Source: Squalus acanthias (taxonomy: Eukaryota). From it: a stretch of 64,000 bases of DNA. Below, in pieces: positions 35,960 to 50,108 of this stretch. Under the pieces are notes generated by a model, which saw nothing but the letters and a program-made list of their open reading frames with translations, had not been told where the DNA came from and searched no databases. Position numbers and translations under genes: made by a program. Within the stretch, counting starts at the first letter, position 1. Each line of letters opens with the position of its first letter. Location: assembly GCA_030390025.1 (NCBI GenBank), contig CM059432.1:806001-870000 (forward strand), written 5' to 3'.

Positions 35960-37385
35960 GGGCCGGATCTTGACGGTAAAATTAATGATGTGTTGACGGC
36001 GCACGCCGTTATTAATGCGCAAATCGTCCAGCAAGTTCAGTGGATGAAGAGCTTCGCCGTGAGTTGTGAATCTCCAGCACTTGCTGGTTTGCCGTTTGCT
36101 TCGCGCAAATGGCATCTCGCCCTTAGCCTCTCCGTTATTTTTAAGAACTTGTTAGACTTTCACATTAATTGTCCATTAAATGGGGTAGAGGAGCAAAGAG
36201 ATCTAGGGGCACACATACACAAATCATTAAAAGGAGCAAGACAAATTAACAAGGCCATAGAAAATGTAAACTAAGCACTGGGGTTAATTTCTTGAAAAGC
36301 AGAGAAGTTATGTTAAACTTGTATCGAACCTTGGTCAGCCCACACTTGGAGTTACTGTGCACTGTTCTGGTCTCCATATTACAAAAAGGATATAGAGTCA
36401 CTGGGGAAGGTGCAAAAAAGATTTACAAGGATGATTCCAGAACTGAGAGGTTACACCTATCAAGAAAGACTGAACAGGCTGGGGCTCTTTTCTCTAGAAA
36501 AGAGAAGGCTGAGGGGTGACCTGATAGAGGTCTTTAAAATTGTGAAGGGGTTCGACAGGGTAGACGTGGAGAAGATGTTTCCACTTGTGGGGGAGTCCAA
36601 AACTAGGGGTCATAAACAACGTTTCCGCTAAGCTGTGCGGCCGTGCAGCGGTCTGGAGGTCCCGCGCAGGCCGCTCACCGGCTTTTTAATGGAAATAACC
36701 GCACATGCACGAAAAATTGAATGGGCCGTGCAGCCAGTTAAAGGGCCCACGCACCCAAAAAAAATTACAAGGAACATTGGTCATCAATATAAGACAGTCA
36801 CTAATAAATCCAGTAGGGAATTCAGGAGAAACTTCTTTACCCAGAGAGTAATTACCAAGGGTCACAGTCTAAGGATATGGGGTAAGCCATTTAGGACAGA
36901 AATGAGGAGGAATTTCTTCACCCAGAGAGTGGTGAACCTGTGGAATTCTCTGCTACAGAAGGCAGTAGAGGCCAATTCATTAAATAGATTCAAGAAGGAG
37001 TTGGATATATTTCTTAAGGCTAAAGGGATCAAGGGATATGGGGAGAAAGCAGGGACAGGGTACTGAATTTGGATGATCAGTCATGATCGCATTGAATGGC
37101 GGAGCAGGCTAGAGGGGCCGAATGGCCTACTCCTGCTCCTATCTTCTATGATTCTATGATTCTGTGGTGAGAATGTGGAACTTGCTACCACAGGGAGTGG
37201 TTGAGGCGAATAGCATAGATGCATTTAATGGTAAGCTAGATAAGCACATGAGGGAGAAAGGAATAGAAGGGTATATTGATGGGATTAGATGAAGAAAGGT
37301 GGGAGCAGGCTCGTGTGGAGCATAAACACCAGCACAGACCAGTTGGGCCGAATGGTCTGTTTCTGTGCTGTAAATTCCACGTAAC
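35960..37385 (+). mobile_element. Truncated MITE (35960-36180) followed by nested CR1 3' ends and a hAT MITE (36617-36779)
   Basis: The MITE left end matches 40033; CR1 motifs; 8-bp TSD GTCATAAA/GTCATCAA around the hAT MITE. Confidence 0.85.
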
Positions 37386-38142
37386 TTGTTGGAATTATCT
37401 GTGATGTTCAAGTTGCATGAGGTCTGGAGAATCTGCCTTTGCACCAGAATGCGCTGCAAACATGTTGTACGACTTACAACATTAAGTGCAACCCACAATA
37501 TATTCCACCATTATGGAAGTATATTCAGTGCCCTCGCCCCACCACTAAGAACACCCTCCCTAACAGCACTGTGGGAGCACCTTCATCACACGGACTGCAG
37601 CAGTTCAAGAAGGCGGCTCACCACCACCTTCTCAAGGGGCAATTAGGGATGGGCAATAAATGCTGGCCTTGCCAGCGACGCCCACATCCCATAAAAGGAA
37701 TTAAAAAAAAGAATGTGAAAGATGCCTGTCCCTCAGTGAATAATGCACAACATGGAATTTACTTTTTAGAAATTGCTCAGGAATGAGTCCCTTTGTTTAT
37801 CGTGCTAACACATTTGCATTGTTCAAAATGCATTTGCATCAGTGTACTGCAAAGGAGGGGACAGAAATAGCCTTGATGCAATGTCTAACTAAATAGTATT
37901 GATTTTTATATGACACACTTGGTACAGTAAATATTCACCGGATCTAGCATGACTTCATTCCCATAAAATCATGCTGGAGCAGGTTCCCTCCTTTTCACTG
38001 TGATTGCGCTGATCAGAAGCAAGTGACTATTTAAGAAACACAGGGACCATCACTGATCACAAACTGAACTGGACCAGCCATGTCTACAAGACTAGGTCGG
38101 GACTGGATACCCTGCAACCAGTGGCTCACCTCCTGACACCTC

Positions 38143-39625
38143 AACAACAACAACTTGCATTTATACAGCGCCTTTAACGTAGTAAAACCTCCCAATTTGC
38201 TTCGCAGGAGCGATTATCAGACAAAATTTAACACCGAGCCACATACGGAGATATTAGGACAGGTGACCAAAAGCTTGGTCAAAGAGGTCGGGTTTAAGGA
38301 GCATCTTGAAGGAGGAGAGAGTCAGAGAGGTTTAGGGCCTTGATAGCTGAAGGCGTGGCTGCCAATGATGGAGCAATGAAACAGAACAAAATGAAATGAA
38401 AAATATAATAATGAGAATGAAAACATTCCGACGACATTAAAAACATTGAGAATGTGGAACTCGCTACCACAGGGAGTGGTTGAAGCGAATAGTATAGATG
38501 CATTTAAGGGGAAGCTAGATATGCATTGACGGAGAAGGGAATAGAGGGTTATGCTGATAGAGTTAGATGAGGAAAGATGGGAGGAGGCGCGAGTGGAGCA
38601 TAAATGCCGGCATGGACTGGTTGGGCCGAATGGCCTGTTTCTGTGCCGTATATCCTATGTAATCCTATGTAATTAAATGAGGACTAGGATAGTACAATAT
38701 ATGGATTGGTGAATGGTTATAAGACCATGAATTGATTCAGAATTATACATTTCCTACACCTCTAGAAAACTGGTCAAAGTATGAAATAGGTACGAACCAT
38801 CTTCTTTACTTGAAATGGCAAACACACTTTAAATTAATGTACAAAAGAGATTTGTGTTAAAACACAGCCACAGGATAGTCGGGCTTTGAGAGGATGTGGC
38901 ATAAATTTACACCAATTAACTGTACAGATGTGCTGAAGATCTGTGTTACGACCTAACAGTGATTGACATGCATACCTTAAACAGAGACTTAACTTAGAAA
39001 GGTTTGCACTCGTGTGATGTCAGTTGCAAGTAGGTGCTTGAATGATAATGAAATCAACCCGTTGTCCTGATTGAGCATGTGCACCGTTGGAATGTACAGT
39101 TAGATCCTCCTGGGCACATAGATGCACTTAGGGTGAGGAAAAAAATAACTTAATGGGCCTACTGCCTGTCACAGTTATGTTAAGTGTTTTTTTAAAACAA
39201 GAATCATAGAATGTAACAGCACAGAAGGAGGCCATTCGGCCCCTCGTGCTTGTGAAAAAGCTCTCCAATTAGTCCCACTCCCCCTGCTCTTTCCCCATAG
39301 CTCTGCAAATTTTTCCTTTTCAAGTATTTATCCAACTCCCCTTTGAAAGTTATTATTGAATCTGCTTCCACCGCCCTTTCAGCCAGCGCGTTCCAGATCA
39401 CCACAACTCGCTGCGTAAAAACATTCTCCTCAGCTCCCCCCTGGCGTTTTTTGCCAATTATCTTCAATCTGTTTCCTCTGGTTACCGACCCTCCTGCCAG
39501 TGGAAACAGTTTCTCCTTTTTTACTCTATCAAAACCCTTCATGATTTTGAACGCCCCTATCAAATCTTCCCTTAGCCTTCTCTGCTCTAAGGGGAACAAC
39601 CCCAGCTTCTCCAGTCTCTCCACAT
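38143..39625. mobile_element. L2 tail (38143-38375 -) and CR1 tails (38445-38675 +, 39200-39625 -)
   Basis: Match other L2 and CR1 ends in the window. Confidence 0.8.
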
Positions 39626-40032
39626 GCTTTGATGCTTTGGAACTCCCAGATATGATATAAAATTTACTCTTCAAATACTCTTGAGAAAAATCAGTATTCC
39701 GTGAAACCAAAAGAATACGACTATAAGTGTAAAAGACAGTAAAAATGAATGAATGTTTTGTACTATTAATAGCAGTTTGAAAATAGAGTTGATAGTTCCA
39801 GAAGTAGGGCTGTAAATTTGACAGACACGGGCAGGTCAGCACGAGTGGACGTGGGATCCATTACATTAGGATATGTCACTGGCAGTTGTAAAATAAGATT
39901 TTTATTTGTAGAGCTGTGAGACCAATCAGACAGATAACTCACGAGCAAGAAAGGCACACATCAATATAACCGGTCTGTGGGTAGAAACAGCCCATCATGT
40001 TATAGCTGGCTGTTATAAACATCTTACATTAT

Positions 40033-40813
40033 GGGCCAGACCTTGCTGGAAAATTAACGGGTGTGTTGACGATGCACGCCGTTATTAACGCGCAAATCGT
40101 CCAGCAGGTTCAGGGGGTGAAGAGATGCGCCGTGAGTTGCGAATCTCCAGAACTTGCTGCTCGATTTACGCCGCTACTTTGCACAAATAGCATCTCGCCC
40201 TTAGCCTCCCCGTTATTTTTAAGAAGTTGCTGAATTTTCACGTTAATTGCCCATTAAACCGCCGAAGAAAGTTAGCGTCAAATCAGGTGTAGAATAATTA
40301 AGAGCGTAAGAACATTTTTAACAAGGTGATAATTGTTAAAGCAATGCCAAGTAATCTCTCCGGCCCAGAAAGGAAACAGTTTTACCTGTTGAGTCTCATT
40401 CCTGCAGGAAGTCAGTTCTTCATAGAGATTTTTAAAATGTCAAATTTTAAATTTAAATTCTTTTTTCTTACTTTTCCTTTCTGTCTCTTTTTCTCTCTCA
40501 CTCTTAATCCAATCTTTCTTCCCTGCTCTTTATTTCTCTTTCTACACCTGATTTGACTCTAATTCACTCTATTTCCTGCTCCGTCGTTCCTCTGTTTCTT
40601 TCTCAATCCTTAAATCTCACCGGTTAAGGAGATAGACTTGTTGGTCTCTCCGTTCACCGAGGTCCCAGACGCCCCGTTGCCCTCGCTGCTCCATTATCAA
40701 CTCGCACTTCCAGCAAGTTTCGGCACAAATTATATTTGTGCTGAAGGGTGCAGGAAGAAGTCTAACTAACAGCGAGATGCCGCGAGATGTCCCGCTCCAG
40801 CAAGATCTGGCTC
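40033..40813. mobile_element. Non-autonomous DNA transposon, probably Harbinger-type
   Basis: TIR GGGCCAGACCTTGCTGGA...TCCAGCAAGATCTGGCTC; TSD ambiguous. Confidence 0.7.
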
Positions 40814-40914
40814 ATTATTTTTGAAGGAATCTTACCCTCCTATAATGGTGGGTTTTGTTCCCTCACCTGGATCACATTCTTCCCCCATCCCTACTGCGCT
40901 CTCTGTGCTCTTTA

Positions 40915-41468
40915 CCCCCCCCCCCGAGGTCCTGACCTCCTCGCCCCTCCCCTCCGACATTCTCCTCCCCCTTCGATCATCTCTCTCTCTCTTTGATTGT
41001 CTCTCTTTCCCCTTCTCTCTCTCTCTCCCCCTCCTCTCTCTCTCTCTCTCTCGCCCCCTCCTCTCTCTCTCTCTCTCTCTCTCACTCCTCTCTCTCTCTC
41101 AACCCTTCTCTCTCCCCCTCACTCTGCCTCTCTCTCTCTCCCCCTCCTCTCTCTCTCTCCCCCTCCAATTCCCACTCTTTCCCCCTCCCCTTCTCTCTCT
41201 CCCCTCTCCTTTCACTCCCCCCTCCTCTCTCTCCCTTCTCTCACTCTCTCTCCCCCTCCTCTCACTCTCGCTCCCCCTCCTCTCACTCTCTCTCCCCCTC
41301 CTCTCACTCTCTCTCTCCCCCTCCTCTCACCCTCTCTCCTCTCCCCTCTTCTCTCTCCCCCCTCCAATCCTCTCTCTCCCCTCCGATTCTCTTTCTCTCT
41401 CCCCACTCCGATTCCCTCTCTCTCTCTCTCTCCTTTCGATCCTCTCTCTCCCCCACCCTGCCCCCCCG
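40915..41468 (+). repeat. (CT)n-rich polypyrimidine tract
   Basis: About 550 bp almost entirely C/T. Confidence 0.95.
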
Positions 41469-42461
41469 GCCACTAACGGATCCAGAGGGGAGAGAATGTG
41501 GGGGGTGGCAGAAGGTCTTAACCCGCGAGGGTGAGCCCTGTCTGTTCTATGTGAGCTCTGTTCTGTCTGGAGCCTGGCAGTGATAATGGCTCGAATTACA
41601 CATTGTAAAGTCATTGATTACTTAGGTAGGCAGGATCTAATTACACATTCCAAAGAAACTGCTGGGTGTGTCTTGTCTTCCAAGGGGACCAATCAGAAAT
41701 AAGGTCTTGTCTTCCAAGGTGACCAATCAAAAATCTGGTGTTGGAAATAAACGCGACCGCTGTAAAGTGCCCAATCGAAAGATGAGGTGCTGTTCCTTGA
41801 GCTTGTGTGGAGTTTCATTGGAAGAGTGTAAGAGGCCGAGGACAGAGTGGGAGTGGGATGACGAATTAAAGTGGAGAAATAAAGATTTTTTGAATTAGCT
41901 TGAATGTCAATTGCAGCTTTATAATGCAAACGGTTCCAAGGGCTGTTTAATAAATAAACTCCTTGGTCCCTCGACAGTGCTCTGATATAATTGTGTAGAG
42001 AATACTGGAGTAGTAAAAGAATGAAAATCACTGATTCTCCGCATCTTCTGTAAAGGACACAGCGATATTAGAATATTTACTGATACAGCAAGTCATCACT
42101 CACAGAGTGCAACCTGGTATTTACCTTCATTGAGGCATCTGGACAACCTAAATCAACATAATCATCCTATTAGACAAATCATCCAACAGCCGTTACTTCC
42201 AAACTTATACATATTCAGCTGGCTGCTTTTCTGAATATCAATATGAATACTGGCACAAAAAGAGCTCTCAGGGGATGCTCTGCAAATGATGCTGGCGAAG
42301 GCACGTGCTCAGAAAGGTCATCCTAGTACATTGAAAACCAATTCCCTGGAAAATCCATTAATTCAAAGTATGTGTGCAGTTAAAGGAGGCAAAGACAGGA
42401 ATGGATCAACATACAATTCTGGAATGATGATAAAAATCGCAAGCAATTTAGGGAAAGAAAG

Positions 42462-44947
42462 ATAAAACTCGCATTTCTACAGTGCCTTTCACCACCGGAC
42501 GTCCCAAAGCGCTTTACAGCCAATTAAGTACTTTTTGAAGTGTGGTCACTGTTGCAGCAGCCAATTTGTGCACAGCAAGCTCCCACAAACAGCAATGTGA
42601 TAATGATTATTTCCTCTGGTGGGGGGAGTACAATTAGAGCTAGGCCATTCAGGGGTGATGTCAGGAAGCACTTATACACACAAAGGGTGGTGGAAATCGG
42701 GAACTCTCTTCCCCGAAAATCTGTTGAGACTGGGGGTCAACTGAAAATTTCAAAACTGAGATTGAGAGATTTTTGTTAGGCAAGGGTATTAAGAGGATAC
42801 GGAACCAAGGAGTTGTTACAGATCAATCCTGATCTAATTGAATTGCGGAACAGGCTCAAGGGGCTGAATGGCCTACTCTTGATCTTATATTCCTAATCTG
42901 TTTTAGGTTGAGGGGTAAATATTGGCCAAGACACTGGGGAGAACTCCCCTGCTCTTCTTTGAAATAATGCCATGGGACCCTTTTCATCCACCTGAGAGGG
43001 CAGACGGGGCTTTGGTTTATCATTTTATCCAAACAACGGCACCTCCAATAGTGCAGTGCTTCCTCAGTAAACATAGAAACATAGAAGATAGGAGCAGGAA
43101 TAGGCCATTCGGCCCCTCGAGCCTGCTCCGCCATTCGATGAGATCGTGGCTGATCATCTAAACTCAGTACCCTGTACCTGCCTTCTCCCCATATCCCTTG
43201 ATACCTTTAGCTTTAAGAAATATATCTAACTCATCCTTGAATATATTTAATGACTTGGCCTCAACTACCTTCTGTGGTAGAGAATTCCACAGGTTCACCA
43301 CTCTCTGGGTGAAGAAATTCTTCCTCATTTCTGTCCTAAATGGTTTACCCGTTATCCGTAGATTATGACCCCTGGTTCTGGACTCTCCGACCATCGGGAA
43401 CATTCTTCCTGCATCTAGTTTGTCCAGACCTGTCAGAATTTTATATGTTTCGATGAGATCCCCTCTCATTCTTCTATACTCCAGTGAGTATAAGCCCAAT
43501 CGACCCAATCTCTCCTCATATGTCATTCCTGCCATCCCAGGTATCAGCTTTGTGAATCTTCGCTGAACTCCTTCCATGGCAAGAACATCCTTCCTCAGAT
43601 AAGGCGACCAAAACTGCACACAGTACTCAAGGTGTGGTCTCACCAAGGCCCTGTACAACTGCAGCAGGACATCCCTGTTCCTATACTCAAACCCTTTCGC
43701 TATGTAGGCCAACATACCATTTGCCTTCTTCACCGCCTGCTGCACCTGCATGCTTACTTTCAGCGACTGGTGCACAAGGACACCCAGGTCTCGTTGCACT
43801 TCCCCTTCTCCCAATCTATTGCCATTCAGATAATAGTCTGCCTTTCTGTTTTTGACACCAAAGTGGATAACCTCGCACTTATCCACGTTATATTGCATCT
43901 GCCACGCTTCTGCCCACTCACCCAACCTGTCCAGATCATCCTGGAGTTTCTCGCTATTCTCCTCACTGCACACACTCCCACCCAGCTTTGTGTCATCTGC
44001 AAACTTGGAGATATTACATTTAATTCCCTTATCTAGATCATTAATGTATATTGTGAATAGCTGGGGTCCAAGGACCGATCCCTGCGGTACCCCACTAGTC
44101 ACTGCTTGCCACTTGGAAAAAGACCCATTAATTCCTACTCTCTGCTTTCTGTCCGCCAACCAGTTCTCTATCCAAGTCAATACCTTGCCCCCAATCCCAT
44201 GTGCCTTAACTTTACCCGCTAATCTCTTATGCGGGACCTTATCGAAAGCCTTTTGAAAGTCCAAATACACCACATCTACTGGTTCTCCCTTATCTATTTT
44301 CCCAGTTACATCCTCAAAAAATTCCAGTAGATTAGTCAAGCACGATTTACCTTTTGTAAATCCATGTTGACTTTGTCCGATCCTTTCACTGTTTTTCAAA
44401 TGCTCAGCTATTACATCCTTTATAATGGACTCTAGCATTTTCCCCACTACCGATGTCAGGCTTACCGGTCTGTAATTCCCCGTTTTCTCTCTACCACCCT
44501 TTTTGAATAGTGGGGTAACATTAGCTACCCTCCAATCCATGGGTACAGTTCCATATTCCATCGAATGTTGGAAGATGATCAGCAATGCATCTACTATTTC
44601 TAGGGCCACTTCCTTAAGTACCCTAGGATGTAGATTATCAGGCCCTGGGGATTTATCGGCCTTCAATACCGTCAATTTCCCTAACACCATTTCCCTGCAA
44701 ATACTGATTTCTTTCAGTTCCTCCCTTTCATCAGACCGTATGTTCTCCAACATCTCTGGGAGGTTATTTGTGTCCTCCTTTGTGAAGACAGAACCAAAAT
44801 ATGCATTTAATTGGGCTGCCATTTCTTTGTTCCCCATTATAACTTCCCCCGCTGGCACTGGAATATCAAACCAGATTTTGCACTCAAGTCTCGGGAGTGC
44901 GACTCGAACCTACAACCTTCTGACTCAGAAGCAAGAGTGTTATCCAC
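42462..44947 (-). mobile_element. Deu-domain SINE split in three (42462-42610, 42896-43069, 44853-44947) by two CR1 insertions
   Basis: The pieces are collinear with the SINE consensus in reverse; junction CCTCAGTA|...|CTGGCACTGG. Confidence 0.8.
43070..44852 (-). mobile_element. Young 5'-truncated CR1 with uninterrupted RT ORF (43164-44858, 564 aa)
   Basis: [38 protein letters not shown]; (TTCTATGT)n tail; no endonuclease domain. Confidence 0.95.
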
Positions 44948-47437
44948 TTTTTTTTTAATATATATTATTTATTGAACATTAAAAACATTTACAACATCAT
45001 GATCATTCCATTGTATCATACAAATCCATTCCGCCGCTCTGCACAGCCATTCCTCTGCCACATATTAACATCAAAACCTGACATTTAATTTGTCTCCAGT
45101 AACATATATTAATCTATTGTACTTTAAAAATTGATCATAAAATACTATCTTTAAATTCCTTTCTGAATAAAACATCCACATAGCCTTATAATGATCTTTA
45201 AGCTTATATTTAAAATACTCTTTTAGATTGATTCTCCTCCCCTTAAAAACCAGAGCATTCCTTCTTTGCAGAATTACGAATCTAGCCAAACTGAACATTA
45301 AATTAATTGCTGCTCCGCTAGACTCGGCCAGACTCTCCTGCAATCCCCATCTCAATATTGAGTCCCACGGGATTCCCATTCTCACTCTTTGGTCCCCATC
45401 CAGCAAAAAAAACTCACACAACTGTTGAACATAGCACTTAAAATCCTTTAACTGTGGACATAACACCAGTAAATGGGACAGAGTCTCATCATGTGTCCCA
45501 CACACTGGGCAAGTTGCCTCCTCCACTCGTCCAATCTTACACAAGACCGTCATGGTAAAAATCCGGTTATGAGCCAATTTGAAATCCAGTTCAATCAACT
45601 CTGGACATTTAAAATTCTCCCACACTCCCTTCCAAATCCTGTTGAAGTCCAGCTGTGGGTATATACTCTGCCAAAACTCCTGACCAGCAGGTGTCTTGAA
45701 TCTCCATTCTCTAAATACCCCATAGAAATCTCGAGTATGACAGTTGTCAAGTTGGACCAACTCTTCCCCTTTCTCCAGCAGAAAGCTTGGAAAAGCAGGA
45801 TGCATTTTACTTCCTTTGGAGATTTGCGCATTTATTTCTTCCATCCAATCCTGTGGCATTGTCCTCACAATCTTCTCATACATGATCATAATTGCTTTTT
45901 CCTCTACCTCCTGATCCTCCTCCCACACCATATCCCTCACGACCGCTTCCGGCAACCAACCTGGAATTACCTCGTATAATACATCTTTCACACATATAAT
46001 ACCAGCTTCTATAAAAGCTTGATTAAATAATACCTCTCCTTCAATGTTGACCCACCTGTTCAAAAATAAGGGCTGTTCTAAAAATTCCTCAGCACCCTTG
46101 GGCATACACTGCACACTTTTTAAAAATTGGGCCCAAGTCTCTATAATCCCCTTATAAAACCTAGGGAGAAGTTTAATCGATTTCAAAAACATATTATTGT
46201 ATTCCATATACAATATTCCCTGCCCTCCTATCCCACTTTGTTTTAAAAAATGCTCGAAACAACTCTTCCAAAAACTTGTATTTGACTTCTGAAGAAATCT
46301 CTTCACCCATTTGATTCTAAAGGATTTTTTCTTCAAATCAGTATGTGGGAAATTGAGTCCTCCCTGATTTCTCTGTCCAATTATGGTATTTTAAGCAACC
46401 AAAGCTGGTTTCCCTTCCCATAAAAACCTCACACAAGCCTCTTGGATGGACTTTTCCGCCCACTCAGGAATATCCTCCACCGTCAATAAGTACCATAGCT
46501 TAGATAGCAGGAGAGCGGACACCACTGTCGCTCTCCCTTGCACTTTCAACCAACTTCTTTCCCATCTTCCCAAAATCTTTTTAATTTTCATAACCTTCGG
46601 TTCCCAATTTAATCAATCCACTTCATCCCTGTCCTTCTTGCACCCCATATGCACCCCCAGAACTTCCAAAACCTCCACCACCTTAAAGGGGCTTTCCTCC
46701 AACCATTCCCCCCTACCCCTTCCCGCAACCTGGCATTGGGACTTACTATAATTCACTCTGGCTCCTGAAGCTCTACACTACATCCATAGCTTTCCTCACT
46801 GACTCCCCATCTCTCAACGTTAAGGTTGTGTCATCTGCATATAGGTGTATCACCGACACCCGCCCGGAACTGGGAACCGCAATCTCGACTACGCCTTGTT
46901 CCTTTCGCATCATGTAATCTAATGGTTCTGCTACCAATGTGTACAACAATGGGGACAGGGGACAACCCTGTCTCACTGACCTCTGTATCAGAAAATACTT
47001 GGATAAAAAACCATTACATTTAAGACAGCTAAATATGTTTGAATAAAAAATCCTTATCCACTTAATGAAATTTTTCCCGAAACCAAATGCTTCCAAAACC
47101 ATCAATAAAAACTCATGAGAGACCCTATCAAAGGCTTTCTCTTGATCTATCTTTAACACATAAGCCTCCCTCCCACTCTCTTCCATGAGCTCTATTGCAT
47201 CTCGGATTGAGACCACAGAGTCTGCGATGTCCCGGCCTACGACTCCACAGGACTGAGAGGGCAAAACTATCTGCGGCAACACCTCCTTCATACGATTTGC
47301 CATAACCCTCGCCAAGATCTTATAATCCACATTTAATAATGTGATGGGCCTCCAATTCTTTAGATCCCTTCTATCCCTTTTATTTTTATGAGCTAAGCTT
47401 ATGATACCTCTCCTCATAGATGAGCAATGGACTTAAA

Positions 47438-48283
47438 GGGCTGGATTTTATGAATGGAGATGTGTTGGAGGCGGGACTGCTGCGTGCCCGGTTTCAGTCC
47501 CGCCTCCATCAGCTTCTGGCCAACCAGCGGGATTTTCCCTTGATTGACCTTGTTAAGCCCGCCCAGCGGGCTCAGCAGACCAATTAGGGGGAAGTCAGTG
47601 ACAGAGCATGTCAATGTATGACGTGTCATCTGTCAAGAATTTTTGAAAGAAGAAATGTCCTTGTTTGACAGCTCTGTGAAGCTGTCAAACAATGACATTC
47701 TGTGTAGTTTGATGAGTCCTTGTGTTCAGGACTCATCAAACCTTTCTACTTTGCAGAAGTCAGCTGGCTATTGGATCGGAGGATGCAACAGCCAGTCTGT
47801 GATCTTGACAATGGAGATGTCGGGGACTACAGCTCCACAGCGGCTGAAGGCTGTAGGGTGAAACAAAGGTAAGTTAACATTTTCTAACACTTTACACTCA
47901 CCTCACATACTTACCACTCCACACTTGCACCCATCACTCACCTCTACATCACACTTTCAGACCCCTCCGACCCCCGCAGACCTCCTACTCGGCTCCTACA
48001 CCCCGGCGGGGTTCCCCCAGGTCGGGAAGCCCGCACTTCAGCATGAAAAATGGGGATAATCCTATTTTCTGCCTGTTAACTACCTGTTAACAGGCAGTTA
48101 ATAGGCTTTAATCCCTTCCCGCCTCCAAGGAGACGGGACCCAGGGCAGGACGGCTTCCCGCCTCCTGGTAAGAGGGCACGGAGGCGGGTTGGGGCCGGGT
48201 TTGCCACCCTCCCCCAAATTCTGCAACTTTCCCGGCAGTCCCGCCTCCATACCCGCCTCCTCGGGGCTGAGAAAATCCAGCCC
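47438..48283. mobile_element. Non-autonomous Harbinger-type element inserted in the Tx1 RT
   Basis: TIR GGGCTGGATTTT/AAAATCCAGCCC with AAA TSD; removal restores NGLSAEFYKEFLEILSPLL. Confidence 0.9.
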
Positions 48284-48487
48284 AAAATCTCTAAAAATTC
48301 TTTATAAAATTCTGCACTTAGTCCATTGGAGGCTTCCCCCCCCCCCCTTCATTCCACTTATTGCTACTTTTATTTCCGCTAATTCTACTTCTTTGTCACA
48401 CATGCTTCTCTCATCCTCCTTTAAACCCTCTTCAATAAAAACACTAACCTTTTCCATTGCCAATTTGGAAATGTCCTCTTTTGTATA

Positions 48488-48990
48488 TTACATAGGATTA
48501 CATCAGATATACGGCACGGAAACAGGCCATTCGGCCCAACCAGTCCATGCTGTTGTTTATGCTCCGCTCGAGCCTCCTCCCGTCTTTCTTCATCTAAATC
48601 TATCAGTGTAACCCTCTATTCCCTTTTCTCTCATATGCTTGTCTAACCTTCCCTTAAATGTATCTATACTATTTGCTTCAACCACTCCCTGTAGTAGCGA
48701 GTGCCACATTCTCAACACTCTTTGGGTAAAGAAGTTTCTTCTAAATTCCCTATTTGATTTCTTTTTAACTATCTTATATCGATGGCCTCTAGTTATGCTC
48801 TTCCCCACAAGTGGAAACATTCTCTCTGTATCCACTCTATCAAAACCTTTCATAATTTTAAAGACCTCTATTAGGTCACCCCTCAGCCTTTTTTCAAGAG
48901 AAAAGAGACCCAGCCTGTTCATCCTTTCCTGATATGTATACCCTCGCATTTCTGGTATCATCCTTGTAAATCTTCACTGCACCCTCTCCC
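48488..48990 (-). mobile_element. CR1 3' fragment inside Tx1
   Basis: ORF 48590-48961 encodes a CR1 C-terminus. Confidence 0.9.
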
Positions 48991-49514
48991 ATAACGTACC
49001 GAAAAACTTTTACCTCATATTTGAAATTGTCCTACCAAACTCTTCTTTCTTTCAAGAATAAAGGTTCCTTCCTAGCATTCTATATTATATTTAAAATCCC
49101 TTCTTTATAAGCAATTTCTTTCAGGTATTGATTGTTTAAAATCCACACCCCTGGACAGATCTTAACTCTGCTGTTCCTAATTCTAAGAACCAAAGCCGAG
49201 TGGTCACTAAAAAATACTTTTTAGTAATAAATCTCCATCACCTCAGAACTTAACCTCTGGGCTGAAATGTCCATCCGAGATAAAAAAAATGCATTAAAAT
49301 CCCCCACTATACGGGGAGATTTGCTCGTGCTGTTGGGGAGGTTTAAACTAATTTGGCAGGAGGATGGGCACCAGGATAACATTAGAAAGGGGAAATAAAG
49401 TGCTCAAAGGATTGGGAGAGGCAGAGAGCACTAGAGTAAGAAATAGTAAGGTATTAGGTGGGGTCAAACTAAGAGAGAATACAGGATGGTCTAAGATGGG
49501 TTTACAGTGTATGT

Positions 49515-50108
49515 CTTCTTCTTAGGCAGTCCCTCGGAACCGAGGATGACTTGCTTCCACATTAAAAATAAGTTCTCAGGTGACTGATGAGTCCAATGCG
49601 GGACCTAAAGTCTCTGTCACGGGTGGGGCAGACGGTGGTTGAGGGGGCGGGTGGGTGGGGTGCTTGGGTTGACGTGCGCTCCTTCTGCTGTTTGCGCTTG
49701 GCTTCTGCTTGCTCCCAGTGAAGAGACTCGAGGTGTTCGGCACCTTCCCGGATGCTTTTCCTCCACTTTGTGCGGTCTTGGGCCAGGGATTCCCAGGTGT
49801 CGGTGGGGATGTTGCACTTTTTCAAGGAGGCTTTGAGGGTGTTCTTGAAGTGTTTCCTCTGCCCACCTGGGGCTCTCTTGCCGTGTCGGAGCTCCGAGTA
49901 GAGCTCTTGCCTTGGGAGTCTCGTATCGGGCATGCGGACGATGTGGACCATCCATTGGAGCTGATTGAGCGTGGTCAAAGCTTCGATGCTGGGGATGTTG
50001 GCCTGAGCGAGAACACTGACGTTGGTGCGCCTATCCTGCCAATGGATTTGCAGGATCTTGCGGAGGCAGCATTGGTGGTACCTCTCCAGTGCTTTGAGGT
50101 GCCTGCTG
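49515..50108 (-). mobile_element. RTE-clade LINE 3' fragment
   Basis: LERYHQCCLRKILQIHWQDRRTNVSVL...SRIGLISH; (GAA)n tail; 12-bp TSD TACAGTGTATGT. Confidence 0.9.

Noticed and set aside
40821..41614. Ser/Leu/Pro-rich and Arg/Glu/Gly-rich ORFs
   Set aside because: Artefacts of the CT microsatellite.
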